In this document: positions 17,706 to 26,922 of the stretch, one piece after another | How the letters are laid out: every line of letters begins with the position of its first letter | How positions within the stretch are numbered: the first letter of the stretch is position 1 | Source: Candidatus Allofournierella pullistercoris | Lineage (GTDB): Bacteria > Bacillota > Clostridia > Oscillospirales > Ruminococcaceae | Reading direction: 5' to 3' | Length of the DNA stretch: 64,000 nucleotides | NCBI GenBank assembly: GCA_018883715.1 | Contig: JAHLFP010000006.1 | Location: forward strand, 4,394 to 68,393 | Made by a program: the position numbers and the translations under genes | Notes under the pieces: generated by a model | Database searches by the model: none | What the model was told of the DNA's origin: nothing | The model's input: only the letters and a program-made list of their open reading frames with translations

Positions 17706-18314
17706 TCACCAGTCCTCCTGTTGCTCCGGACGGGTCAACTCGTCCAGCGTCTGGCTGTAACAGGGGAGCATCCGCTCCAAAAAGTAATCCACCTCTGGAC
17801 AGTGCATATCGGACAAGGCCTGCCGCTGTTGTTCCATGGCGGCGGCAAACTCCCGGTTGCCCGCCTGTACTTCCTCCATGCACTTAATCAGGGCGCTGAG
17901 CCGGTCGGCGGCTTTCAGCAGTCGCTCCTCAGCGGGGGAGAGAATCCGCCCGGTGACATACCCGGTCATGGGCTGGCGCAGTGCGGGAGGCAGCATGCTG
18001 AGCATGGTCAGGGCGCTTTCCGTTTCCAGTGCCTTGTAGGCATTGCGCAGACGCTCATTTTTGTATTTCACAGGGGTGGGCATATCTCCGGTTAGAATTT
18101 CCTGTGCGTCATGGTACAAAGCCGCCACAGCCACCGTTTCCGGGCGCACCGGAGTTCCGGTGACCTCTTGGGCAATCATGCACAGGGTATGTGCCAGAAC
18201 GGCGGTTTCGGTGGTGTGCTCGCTGAGGGTTTCTGGGCGTGCGGCGTGCATCAGGCTCCAGCGGCGGATATATTTCATTCGACTCACAAGCGCATTAAAT
18301 GGATAGGTTTTCAT
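17706..18314 (-). CDS. YfbR-like HD-family 5'-deoxynucleotidase
   Basis: RMKYIRRWSLM, SEH, LYHD.EILTGDMPTPVKY, ADRLSALIKC; start at 18314. Confidence 0.9.
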   Translation of the reverse strand: MKTYPFNALVSRMKYIRRWSLMHAARPETLSEHTTETAVLAHTLCMIAQEVTGTPVRPETVAVAALYHDAQEILTGDMPTPVKYKNERLRNAYKALETESALTMLSMLPPALRQPMTGYVTGRILSPAEERLLKAADRLSALIKCMEEVQAGNREFAAAMEQQRQALSDMHCPEVDYFLERMLPCYSQTLDELTRPEQQEDW

Positions 18315-18417
18315 AAAAACATCACGCTCCCGATTGGATTTGCCCACAGGGCAGATGGCTTTATTATAGCACATTCCACAGCGAGCGGGGGTTACAAAAG
18401 AAAGGGGACTTGCAACG

Positions 18418-20760
18418 GTGCAGACAGTTACCTTGAAAGCGGATGGGGGCAAAACAGCCCCATCCAGCCGGGATTTTTGGTTGACTTTTGGTTTGTGTGG
18501 CCTTGCCGCCGCCATGATGTTCCTGCCGTTTCTGATTGTGGACGGCGGTTTTTTCCTCTATGCAGGGGATTTTAACAGCCAGCAGATTGCGTTTTACCAG
18601 TATGCAAATCAGTTTGCTAAAACCCTGGGAACCTTCAGCTGGGCCACCGATCTGGGCAGTGGATTTTTGAACAGCTACTCCTTTTATCTGATTGGCAGTC
18701 CGTTTTGGTGGCTCAGCCTGCTGTTTCCGTCCTCCTGGCTGCCCTATTTGATGGTGCCATTGCTTTGCTTGAAGTTTGCGGTGGCAGGTGCGGGGGCGTA
18801 TCTCTGGATGCGGCGGTACACGGTGCGCAGTACCATGGCGGTGCTGGGTGGCTGTTTGTATGCCCTTGCGGGAAGCACGGTGTACAACGTGTTTTTCAAC
18901 CACTTTGTGGATGTCATCGCCCTGTTTCCGTTCCTGCTTTGGGCGTTGGATGAGGCGGTGCTGAACCGTCGCCGGGGCTGGTTTGCGGTGCTGGTGGCCT
19001 TAAATGCGCTGAACAACTATTTCTTCTTTGCGGGGCAGGTTGTCTTTCTCTGCCTGTATTTCTGCTGTATGGTGCTGTCCGGCAGATGGCCCATCACCTG
19101 GCGGCGGTTTTGGCATCTGGCGCTGGAAAGTGTGCTGGGGGTGGCAATCAGCTGTATCATCCTGATACCCACAGTTTTAAGCCTGAGTGAAAACCCCCGT
19201 GTGTCCAGCTTTTCGGACGGATTTGGGCTGTTGCTTTACGGAAAACCCCAGCAGTATGCGGCCATCTTGTACAGCCTGTTTTTTATGCCGGACTGCCCGT
19301 ATATGCCCGCCATCTTTACCGAGGGTACAATCAAATGGACCAGCATGACCGCCTATCTGCCCCTTATCAGCATGGCACCTGCCATTGCCTATTGGCGCAG
19401 CTGCAAAAAGGACGGGTTCCGGTGGCTTTTGAACATCTGCCTTGTGATGGCGTTGGTGCCGGGGCTGAATTCCGCCTTTTATGCCATGAATTCCAGCTAT
19501 TATGCCCGGTGGTACTATATGCCGGTGCTGATTTTGTGCGCCGTCAGCGTGTGTGCCATGGAGCACCCGGACAAGATTGATATGAAAAAAGGCATCGTTC
19601 CCACCCTGGTGGTACTGCTGGCCTATACCACCTTTGCCCTTGTTCCCACCCAAAATGAGGAAAACTGGCAGATTGGTGTCATGTCCAACCCGGCCAAGTT
19701 CTGGGTTGCCTTTGGTATGTCCATGCTGGGGGTGCTGGTGTTCTGGTATCTGTGGCGGATGGGCAAAAACAACGCCCTGTTTCCCCGGCGGATGACGGCG
19801 GCGGTGCTGGCCTTTGGGTGCCTGTATGGGGTGGTGCATATCTCCATCGGAAAATTTGCCCAGTGGAACAACGACAAGGACTACCGCCAGCAACAGTATG
19901 TGGATGCCCGTGCCCTGGCAAAGCAGTTGCCGGAGGGTGCATACCGGGTGGATGATTTTGAGTCTTACGACAACCTGGGTTTGTGGCTGAACTGCAGTGA
20001 TTTGCAGACCTTCAATTCCACCGTTGCCCCCTCGATTTTAGAGTTCTATCCTCTGGTGGGGGTAAAACGGGACGTACGCAGTGCTCCCGAAATGGAGGAT
20101 CAGGCTCTGCGCCAGCTTTTGGGGGTGCGCTTTACCATCACCCCGGTGGAGCACCAGGAAGAGCTGGAGGAAATTCTGGGGGATAACTGGCAGTATTACA
20201 CCACCCAAGGAAGCCTTGCGGTGTATGAAAATACCGATGCCCTGCCCATGGTGACCGCCTACGACAGCTATATGACCATGGAGGAATACCTGGATCAGCC
20301 GGAAACAAGCCGCTCGGAACTGCTGTTGCGGGCGGTGGTGCTGGAGCCGGAGCAGGTGAACCAGTATGGGGCAGGTTTGCGGCATCTGACCAGCGAAGAA
20401 CAGAAGGACATGAGCGATGAAGCCTATCAGGACAGCATTCGTGACCGGCGGGACATGGGGGCAAACCAGGTGGAACTGACGAATACTGGCCTGCGTGCTA
20501 CCATCGCCATGAGCCGGGCGGGCATTGTCCAGTTGGCAGTGCCTTATGACCCGGGCTTTTCTGCCACCGTCAACGGCAACCCGGTGGAGGTGCTGAAGGT
20601 TTCCGGGGGTTTAACCGCTGTCTGTGTGCCCAGCGGCAGTGTGGAAATCCAGCTTACCTACCAGCCACAGGGCTTTGTATTAGGGGCAGGAATTTCCGGC
20701 GTGGCAGTGGTGTTCCTGGCCGGATATTGGCTGGTGACAAAGCCCCGGAAAAAACAGTAA
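18418..20760 (+). CDS. YfhO-family polytopic membrane glycosyltransferase (GT-C)
   Basis: GDFNSQQIAFY, YLIGSPF, many TM helices, C-terminal VPYDPGFSATVNG. Confidence 0.9.
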   Translation: MQTVTLKADGGKTAPSSRDFWLTFGLCGLAAAMMFLPFLIVDGGFFLYAGDFNSQQIAFYQYANQFAKTLGTFSWATDLGSGFLNSYSFYLIGSPFWWLSLLFPSSWLPYLMVPLLCLKFAVAGAGAYLWMRRYTVRSTMAVLGGCLYALAGSTVYNVFFNHFVDVIALFPFLLWALDEAVLNRRRGWFAVLVALNALNNYFFFAGQVVFLCLYFCCMVLSGRWPITWRRFWHLALESVLGVAISCIILIPTVLSLSENPRVSSFSDGFGLLLYGKPQQYAAILYSLFFMPDCPYMPAIFTEGTIKWTSMTAYLPLISMAPAIAYWRSCKKDGFRWLLNICLVMALVPGLNSAFYAMNSSYYARWYYMPVLILCAVSVCAMEHPDKIDMKKGIVPTLVVLLAYTTFALVPTQNEENWQIGVMSNPAKFWVAFGMSMLGVLVFWYLWRMGKNNALFPRRMTAAVLAFGCLYGVVHISIGKFAQWNNDKDYRQQQYVDARALAKQLPEGAYRVDDFESYDNLGLWLNCSDLQTFNSTVAPSILEFYPLVGVKRDVRSAPEMEDQALRQLLGVRFTITPVEHQEELEEILGDNWQYYTTQGSLAVYENTDALPMVTAYDSYMTMEEYLDQPETSRSELLLRAVVLEPEQVNQYGAGLRHLTSEEQKDMSDEAYQDSIRDRRDMGANQVELTNTGLRATIAMSRAGIVQLAVPYDPGFSATVNGNPVEVLKVSGGLTAVCVPSGSVEIQLTYQPQGFVLGAGISGVAVVFLAGYWLVTKPRKKQ

Positions 20761-20773
20761 GATATTATAAAAC

Positions 20774-20807
20774 AAAAGCACAGACGGTGTGAACGGCTGT
20801 GCTTTTT
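20774..20807 (+). terminator. Intrinsic terminator after the YfhO gene
   Basis: aaaagcacag...ctgtgcttttt. Confidence 0.7.
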
Positions 20808-20827
20808 ATCGCTAAGGAGGAATCAGG

Positions 20828-23002
20828 ATGGAGTTAGTACAGATTCTTGCACAGGAACTGGACCTGAATGCCAAACGGGTAGAGGCGGCGGTGGAGCTGA
20901 TTGATGCAGGCAACACCATTCCCTTTATTGCCCGATACAGAAAAGAAGCCACCGGAGCCATGGATGACCAGGTGCTCCGCCAGCTTGCGGACAGACTGGA
21001 GTATCTGCGCAATCTGGACAAGCGTCGGCAGGAGATTTACCAGTCCATTGCCCAGCAGGAGGCCATGACAAACGAGCTGGAACAGGCACTGCTTGCCGCA
21101 AAGACGCTGGCAGAACTGGAAGATTTGTACCGCCCGCTCCGTCCCAAGCGGAAAACCCGTGCCAGCATGGCACGTCAGCTGGGTCTTGCCCCACTGGCGG
21201 AGCAGATTTGGAAGCAGAATCCTACAGATGACTCAGAAACCCTGGCTCTGCCTTTCTGCAACGAGGAAGTGAAGGACACCGCCGCCGCACTCTCCGGCGC
21301 ACGGGATATTCTGGCAGAGCAGATGAGCGACGACCCGGCACTTCGCACCCAGCTGCGCCGTTTTTACCAGCGGTTTGCCCTGCTTGTGAGCAAGGCCGCC
21401 AAGGAAGAGGACAGCGTATACGCCCAGTACTACGATTTTGCCGAGCCGGTGAGCAAGGCGGCAGGTCACCGGGTTTTGGCGCTGGACCGGGGTGAGCGGG
21501 AAGGCTTTTTGAAGGTGAGCGTTCAGGTGGACACCGAAAAGGTGCTGGGGGGCATCCGCCAGATGTACCTGACCGGGTCTGGTTCTTGCTCCCAGCAGGT
21601 GGCACTGGCCATTCAGGACAGCTTCACCCGACTGATTGCCCCCAGCATGGAGCGAGAGGTGCGAAGCACCTTGACCGAACAGGCGGCAGAGGGTGCCATT
21701 CACCTGTTTGGGGAAAATCTGCGCCAGTTGCTTCTTCAGCCTCCCATCAAGGGCAAGGTGACACTGGGCATGGACCCAGGCTATCGGATGGGGTGCAAGC
21801 TGGCGGTGGTGGATCCCACTGGAAAGGTGCTGGACACAGCGGTGGTGTACCCTGTGCCAGAGTTTAAAAAGGTGGAGCAGGCCAAGCAGAAGGTGAAACA
21901 GCTGATTTCCACCCATGGGGTGCAGGTGATTGCCATCGGAAATGGCACGGCCAGCAAGGAAACCGAGCTGTTCGCCGCCGGTGTGATTCAGGAGATGAAC
22001 AACGGCGTACAGTACATGATGGTGAACGAGGCAGGTGCCAGTGTGTACTCTGCCAGCAAGCTGGCGGCGGAGGAATTCCCCCAATATGACGTAAACCTGC
22101 GCAGTGCGGTGAGCATCGCCCGCCGTCTGCAAGACCCCTTGGCGGAGCTGGTGAAGATTGAACCAAAAGCCGTGGGTGTGGGACAGTACCAGCACGATAT
22201 GCCCCAAAAGCGACTGAACGAGACGCTGGACGGCGTAGTGGAAGCCTGTGTAAACCAGGTGGGCGTAGATTTAAACACCGCCAGTGTGCCCTTGCTTACA
22301 CGAGTATCGGGACTGACCGCCTCCACCGCCAAGCAGGTTGTGGCATGGCGGGAGGAAAACGGCCCGTTCCAGTCCCGCAGTCAGCTGAAAAAGGTAAAGG
22401 GACTTGGCCCCAAAGCCTTTGAGCAGTGCGCAGGTTTTCTGCGTTTGCCCGGCGCAAAAGAGCCGCTGGATGCCACTGCCGTTCATCCGGAAAGTTACCC
22501 GGCGGCACGGGCGTTGCTGGAGTTGTGTGGGTTTTCCCCGAAAGACATTGGCACCTCCGCCATGGAGCAGCTTCCCAAGATTGTCCAGCAGATTGGTGCG
22601 GACAAGGTGTGCCAGCAGGCAGGAATTGGACAGCTCACCTTACAGGACGTGGTGCAGGAACTGATTCGTCCGGGACGGGATATGCGAGATGAACTGCCCC
22701 CGCCCATCCTGCGCAGTGACGTGATGAGCATGGAGGACTTGAAGCCGGGCATGGAACTGCAAGGCACGGTGCGCAATGTGATTGACTTTGGCGCATTTGT
22801 GGACATCGGTGTGCATCAGGATGGCCTTGTGCATATCAGCCAGTTGAGCGAATCCTACCTGAAGCACCCAAGCCAGGCCGTCAAGGTGGGCGACGTGGTA
22901 AAAGTTTGGGTGCTGGATGTGGACTTGAAGAAAAAACGAATCAGCCTGACCATGAAAGCCTCTGCTTTTGCGGAGAAAACAGGGAAGCCCCAGGGCAGGT
23001 AA
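20828..23002 (+). CDS. tex: Tex family RNA-binding transcriptional accessory protein
   Basis: GNTIPFIARYRKEATG, DPG, EAGASVYSAS, GVGQYQHD, C-terminal S1 domain. Confidence 0.96.
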   Translation: MELVQILAQELDLNAKRVEAAVELIDAGNTIPFIARYRKEATGAMDDQVLRQLADRLEYLRNLDKRRQEIYQSIAQQEAMTNELEQALLAAKTLAELEDLYRPLRPKRKTRASMARQLGLAPLAEQIWKQNPTDDSETLALPFCNEEVKDTAAALSGARDILAEQMSDDPALRTQLRRFYQRFALLVSKAAKEEDSVYAQYYDFAEPVSKAAGHRVLALDRGEREGFLKVSVQVDTEKVLGGIRQMYLTGSGSCSQQVALAIQDSFTRLIAPSMEREVRSTLTEQAAEGAIHLFGENLRQLLLQPPIKGKVTLGMDPGYRMGCKLAVVDPTGKVLDTAVVYPVPEFKKVEQAKQKVKQLISTHGVQVIAIGNGTASKETELFAAGVIQEMNNGVQYMMVNEAGASVYSASKLAAEEFPQYDVNLRSAVSIARRLQDPLAELVKIEPKAVGVGQYQHDMPQKRLNETLDGVVEACVNQVGVDLNTASVPLLTRVSGLTASTAKQVVAWREENGPFQSRSQLKKVKGLGPKAFEQCAGFLRLPGAKEPLDATAVHPESYPAARALLELCGFSPKDIGTSAMEQLPKIVQQIGADKVCQQAGIGQLTLQDVVQELIRPGRDMRDELPPPILRSDVMSMEDLKPGMELQGTVRNVIDFGAFVDIGVHQDGLVHISQLSESYLKHPSQAVKVGDVVKVWVLDVDLKKKRISLTMKASAFAEKTGKPQGR

Positions 23003-23111
23003 GCCCAAATGACGGTGTGAAAATCCCTCCTCTGCGGGACTCAGGGGAGCGATAAAAGTTTTCTACCTATTTCCTGCTTAATGGTCTGTTGATGGCGGCT
23101 GGTTTTTGCTT

Positions 23112-23235
23112 TTATGACGGCATAAATAATTCGTCCACTGTAAGCTGCAATTCCCTTGCAAGGCTAAAAGCAAGAGATAGTGTGGGGTCGTATTTGTTGT
23201 TTTCAATGGCATTTACTGTTTGCCGCGACACCCCA
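23112..23235 (-). pseudogene. C-terminal half of an Xre/Cro-CI HTH regulator, 5' end missing
   Basis: GVSRQTVNAIENNKYDPTLSLAFSLARELQLTVDELF is a canonical Xre C-terminal half; no first helices, start codon or SD in frame. Confidence 0.8.
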
Positions 23236-23338
23236 CCCCTGTTCGAAGCAAAGAAACAATCATAGAAATGTCCAAAATAATCAGTACCACTAAAACAATT
23301 AGCGCAACCAAAAGAATCCAGGAAAAAACAAATCTCAT
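23213..23338 (-). pseudogene. Truncated small membrane protein, fused out of frame into the Xre remnant
   Basis: SD GGAAAGGAG + ATG 23338 gives MRFVFSWILLVALIVLVVLIILDISMIVSLLRTG, then an out-of-frame tail VGCRGKQ*. Confidence 0.7.
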
Positions 23339-23361
23339 AAATATGCTCCTTTCCAAAATTG

Positions 23362-23428
23362 AAAATGTCAAATTGTTTTGAAACTTTCAATATAGCAGAA
23401 AAACAAAAATGTCAAGAAGTTTTGACAT
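23362..23428 (-). promoter_or_regulatory. Two palindromic operator-like sites TGTCAA-N6-TTGACA in the promoter region
   Basis: atgtcaa-gaagtt-ttgacat (23409-23428) and atgtcaa-attgtt-ttgaaa (~23365-23383). Confidence 0.65.
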
Positions 23429-23647
23429 AATGTTTTGTGTGATGTAGCAAACTTGGTGCATGGCATAGCGTATAGAACAAGATGTTTGTCTTTGGCAAGT
23501 CTGCTTAGCCATTGTCCTACAACAAATCGGCTATCATTATGGAAGAAAGCGGCGAGGGAAGAGAGAAAATGTAAGCCTGCCAAAGCATTATTCAGAAAGA
23601 AGGCAATTACAGATAGTGTGCAAGATGTGGAAAACCGTGAAGTAATA

Positions 23648-23684
23648 CAAAAACCGGACCGCCCAACTGGCGGTCCGGTTTTTG
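23648..23684 (-). terminator. Intrinsic terminator of asnA (symmetric)
   Basis: caaaaaccggaccgcc-caact-ggcggtccggtttttg. Confidence 0.9.
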
Positions 23685-23752
23685 CAAAGTAAAAGGAAGA
23701 TATAAAAAGAGGTATAGCGTTTATACAAAAGGCGATGTTTTATTCCGCTGGG

Positions 23753-24742
23753 TTACAACAAGGGAATACCCTGCTCCTTGCACTGTTTCACGGTGTCCTC
23801 GTCCCACAGGCTTACCTGTACCTCGCCGATGTGGACTTTGCCCAGCAGTAAAAGGCAGAGTCGGCTTTGTCCGATGCCGCCGCCGATGGTGAGGGGCAGC
23901 TTGCCATCCAAAAGCATACGATGGAAGGACAGCTCCCGCCGCTCTGTGCAGCCTGCCAGTTCCAACTGCTTTTCCAGCGCGGGGGCGTCCACCCGGATGC
24001 CCATGCTGCTGATTTCCACCGCCTGCTGGAGGGGCGGATGCCAGAACAGCAAATCCCCGTTCAGGGTCCAGTCATCGTAGTCCGGCGCCCGTCCGTCATG
24101 GGGCTTTCCACTGCGCAAGGGATAGCCAATCTGCAACAAGAAGGTGGTGGGATGCTCTTTTACATAGGCATTTTCCCGCTCTTTTGGGGAAAGGTCGGGG
24201 TACAAATCCTCCAATTCCTGGCTGGTGATAAAGCTTACCTCCCGGCAAATCTGGGTGTCCAGATTGGGGAAACTCCATTTCAGTTCATCCAGCGTGGAGC
24301 TGATGGCATATACAATGTTTTGCACCGTGTTTTTCAGGTACTCCAGATTCCGTTCCTCTGGAAGGATAATCTTCTCCCAGTCCCACTGGTCCACATAGAT
24401 GGAGTGCAGGTTATCCAGTGTTTCATCCCGGCGAATGGCGTTCATGTCCGTTAAAAGCCCGTTTCCAGCCCGGAAACCATACTGCGCCAGCGCCCAGCGT
24501 TTCCATTTGGCAAGACTGTGCACCACCTGCGCTTCGTATTGCAGAGCAGGGACGTCAAAGCTGACGGGACGCTCCACTCCGTTCAGGTCGTCGTTCAGGC
24601 CAAGGGTGGAATTTACGAATAGGGGGGCGGTCACACGCTTCAGGTGAAGGGCGGCACACAGCTTGTGCTCAAATACCTGTTTGATGAGACCTACCGCCTT
24701 TTGGGTGTCATAAAGTCCAAGGCAGGGCTGATAAGCGTACAT
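23753..24742 (-). CDS. asnA: Aspartate-ammonia ligase
   Basis: GLNDDLNGVERPV, VVHSLAKWKR, HSIYVDQWDWE, HDGRAPDYDDW, TIGGGIGQSRL. Confidence 0.97.
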   Translation of the reverse strand: MYAYQPCLGLYDTQKAVGLIKQVFEHKLCAALHLKRVTAPLFVNSTLGLNDDLNGVERPVSFDVPALQYEAQVVHSLAKWKRWALAQYGFRAGNGLLTDMNAIRRDETLDNLHSIYVDQWDWEKIILPEERNLEYLKNTVQNIVYAISSTLDELKWSFPNLDTQICREVSFITSQELEDLYPDLSPKERENAYVKEHPTTFLLQIGYPLRSGKPHDGRAPDYDDWTLNGDLLFWHPPLQQAVEISSMGIRVDAPALEKQLELAGCTERRELSFHRMLLDGKLPLTIGGGIGQSRLCLLLLGKVHIGEVQVSLWDEDTVKQCKEQGIPLL

Positions 24743-25174
24743 AGTAAAACTCCTTTCAATCCAGTAGTTTGTTAATTTACCGGGGTAGATGATAGAAGTA
24801 TAACAGAAGTCTAGGCAAAATGCAATAAACCACGAGAAATCCGGCCTTTTGGAGTGGGTAAGAAAGCAAACCTACAGAAGAGTCTGGCGAAAGAGTCGAT
24901 TCAAAACTGCGTAAAAAGCCTGAAAATCAAGGACAATTACCACAAAAAACATAGCCATGGGTTTTTCATCCTTGTGGGTGAAGTAGAAAAAATCTGCAAG
25001 GTGTTTCAAACCCGGTTTTCTGTGCTATAATCGCCAAGAACCGGATTTTTTTGCACCGTAGGCAGAGGGTGCAAGCTGGCAAAAGGCCAAAACAACCGGG
25101 GAAAGTGGCGGGGAGCAATCCCGGTCACCACAGGAAAACTGCCATCATTACACAAGCGAAGGAGGGCTGTGAGC

Positions 25175-25399
25175 ATGACAAAGGAGCTTCAGATTTCCAG
25201 TTTTCAGCAGGTAAAAGACATTGTAAATGCCGCTGCCAACTGTGAATATGAAATTACGGTGCAGGATGCACAGGGAGCCATTGCGGATGCAAAAAGCATT
25301 CTGGGGCTGATGAACCTGGACTACAAGCATACGGTAATCCTGCAAGGGGAAAATGCGGATGAGGTGGAACAGGTCTACCAGGCCATCACCAAGGCATAA
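25175..25399 (+). CDS. HPr-family protein lacking His15 (Crh-like)
   Basis: ADAKSILGLMNL (Ser46 motif) present; N-terminus ISSFQQV has no His. Confidence 0.8.
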   Translation: MTKELQISSFQQVKDIVNAAANCEYEITVQDAQGAIADAKSILGLMNLDYKHTVILQGENADEVEQVYQAITKA

Positions 25400-25440
25400 G
25401 GGCTAAAACCCCCAAAGGGGAAAACTCCATCCCAAACAAA

Positions 25441-25477
25441 AAAACAGGCTCGTCCCCAAAAGGGATGAGCCTGTTTT
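25441..25477. terminator. Bidirectional terminator between the HPr-like gene and ackA
   Basis: aaaacaggctcgtccc-caaaa-gggatgagcctgtttt. Confidence 0.9.
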
Positions 25478-25498
25478 CTATTTTTTAAGATTCAGCGA

Positions 25499-26698
25499 TT
25501 AGTCCTGAACCAGTGCCAGGGTATCGCGAGCAATCATCAGCTCTTCGTTGGTGCAAACCAACAGAATCTTTACCTTGCCGCCCTCTGCGGTCAGGTCGAT
25601 GATGTCAGCGCCACGCTGCTTGTTCTTTTCCAGGTCCAGCTTAATGCCGAAGAACTCCATGTTCTCGCAAACGCCAGCACGCAGGTTGTGGTCGTTCTCG
25701 CCGATGCCGCCGGTGAAGACCAGGCAGTCCAGGCCGCCCATAGCAGCGGTGTAGGAACCGATGTACTTCTTGATCTGATAGTTCAGCATGTCCTCAGCCA
25801 GCTTTGCACGCTCGTGGCCAGCGGCAGCAGCCTCTTCCACGTCACGCTTGTCGCTGGAGATACCGGAAATGCCCAGCAGACCGCTGGTCTTGTTCAGGTA
25901 GTCAGCCATTTCCTGGCCATGGATGCCCAGTTTCTGCTCCATGTAGGTTACAACGCTGGGGTCGATGTCGCCACAGCGGGTGCCCATCAGTACGCCAGCC
26001 AGGGGGGTCAGACCCATGCTGGTATCAATGGATTTGCCGCCGTCCACAGCGGTGATGGAGGAACCGTTGCCCAGATGGCAGGTAACCATCTTCAGCTCGC
26101 TGGGGTCCTTCTGCAGGTACTCAGCAGCAGCCTTGCTTACATAGCGGTGGCTGGTGCCGTGTGCGCCGTAGCGACGGATGGAGTACTTCTCGTACATCTC
26201 GTAGTTTACACCGTAGATGTAAGCCTTGGGAGGCATGGTCTGGTGGAAGGTGGTGTCGAACACAACCACGTTGGGCACATGAGCGCCAAACACAGCCTTA
26301 GCGCTGCGCAGGCCCTGAACATGAGCCATGTTGTGAACGGGAGCCAGGGGAGCAATTTCCTCGATTTTGTCAATGACGGAATCATCAACCAGGCAGCTCT
26401 CGGTGAAGAACTCTGCACCCTGAACCACACGGTGGCCGATGGCGCCAATCTCGGACTTGTCAGCCACAACAGCGCCCTCGCCGGTGGTCATCATGTCCAC
26501 CAGCTTTGCAAAAGCTTCGGTATGGGTGGGGAAAGGAGTCTCCTCGGTCCATGCCTGGCCGTTTGCCTTGTGGGTAATCTTGCTGCCATTGATGCCGATA
26601 CGCTCGCACAGGCCTTTGCACAGTACGCTCTCGTTTTCCATGTCAATGAGCTGATACTTCAGAGAAGAAGAGCCGCAGTTGATAACCAGAATCTTCAT
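25499..26698 (-). CDS. ackA: Acetate kinase
   Basis: MKILVINCGSSSLKYQL, GHRVV, FDTTFHQT, HLGNGSS, VFTGGIGEN, TNEEL; codon usage typical of highly expressed genes. Confidence 0.98.
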   Translation of the reverse strand: MKILVINCGSSSLKYQLIDMENESVLCKGLCERIGINGSKITHKANGQAWTEETPFPTHTEAFAKLVDMMTTGEGAVVADKSEIGAIGHRVVQGAEFFTESCLVDDSVIDKIEEIAPLAPVHNMAHVQGLRSAKAVFGAHVPNVVVFDTTFHQTMPPKAYIYGVNYEMYEKYSIRRYGAHGTSHRYVSKAAAEYLQKDPSELKMVTCHLGNGSSITAVDGGKSIDTSMGLTPLAGVLMGTRCGDIDPSVVTYMEQKLGIHGQEMADYLNKTSGLLGISGISSDKRDVEEAAAAGHERAKLAEDMLNYQIKKYIGSYTAAMGGLDCLVFTGGIGENDHNLRAGVCENMEFFGIKLDLEKNKQRGADIIDLTAEGGKVKILLVCTNEELMIARDTLALVQD

Positions 26699-26854
26699 TT
26701 GATTGTTTCCTCCTGAAAAACTTTTGTTTGAAAGAAGTTAAGGACGGCAAAGAGAAAGCCCGGCTGAAAACCGATACCCAGCCGGGGTGTAGGTGAAAAG
26801 GCTGTAACGGCACAAAGGTTTACAGCATCTTCACCTTTTCATTGTCCTGATTTT

Positions 26855-26883
26855 ATTATATAATGGAATAAAGCCGTTTGCAA
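26855..26883 (-). promoter_or_regulatory. SigA promoter of ackA
   Basis: TTGCAA-17 bp-TATAAT on the minus strand. Confidence 0.8.
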
Positions 26884-26922
26884 TATAAAACGGGATAAAA
26901 GCAAAGCAAAAGGAGTCCTTTT

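Noticed and set aside
23435-23692. 85-aa ORF, and an imperfect inverted repeat ctttggca/tgccaaag (~23490-23585) as a possible MITE
   Set aside because: The ORF has no SD and runs through a terminator; the repeat has only 8 perfect bp and no target-site duplication is evident.
25060-25145. Calling the HPr leader a bona fide cobalamin, ZTP or c-di-GMP riboswitch
   Set aside because: Only fragmentary matches; core elements (cobalamin P5/P6, ZTP 3' GCCTGGGC, c-di-GMP GCAAA/P2) are absent.
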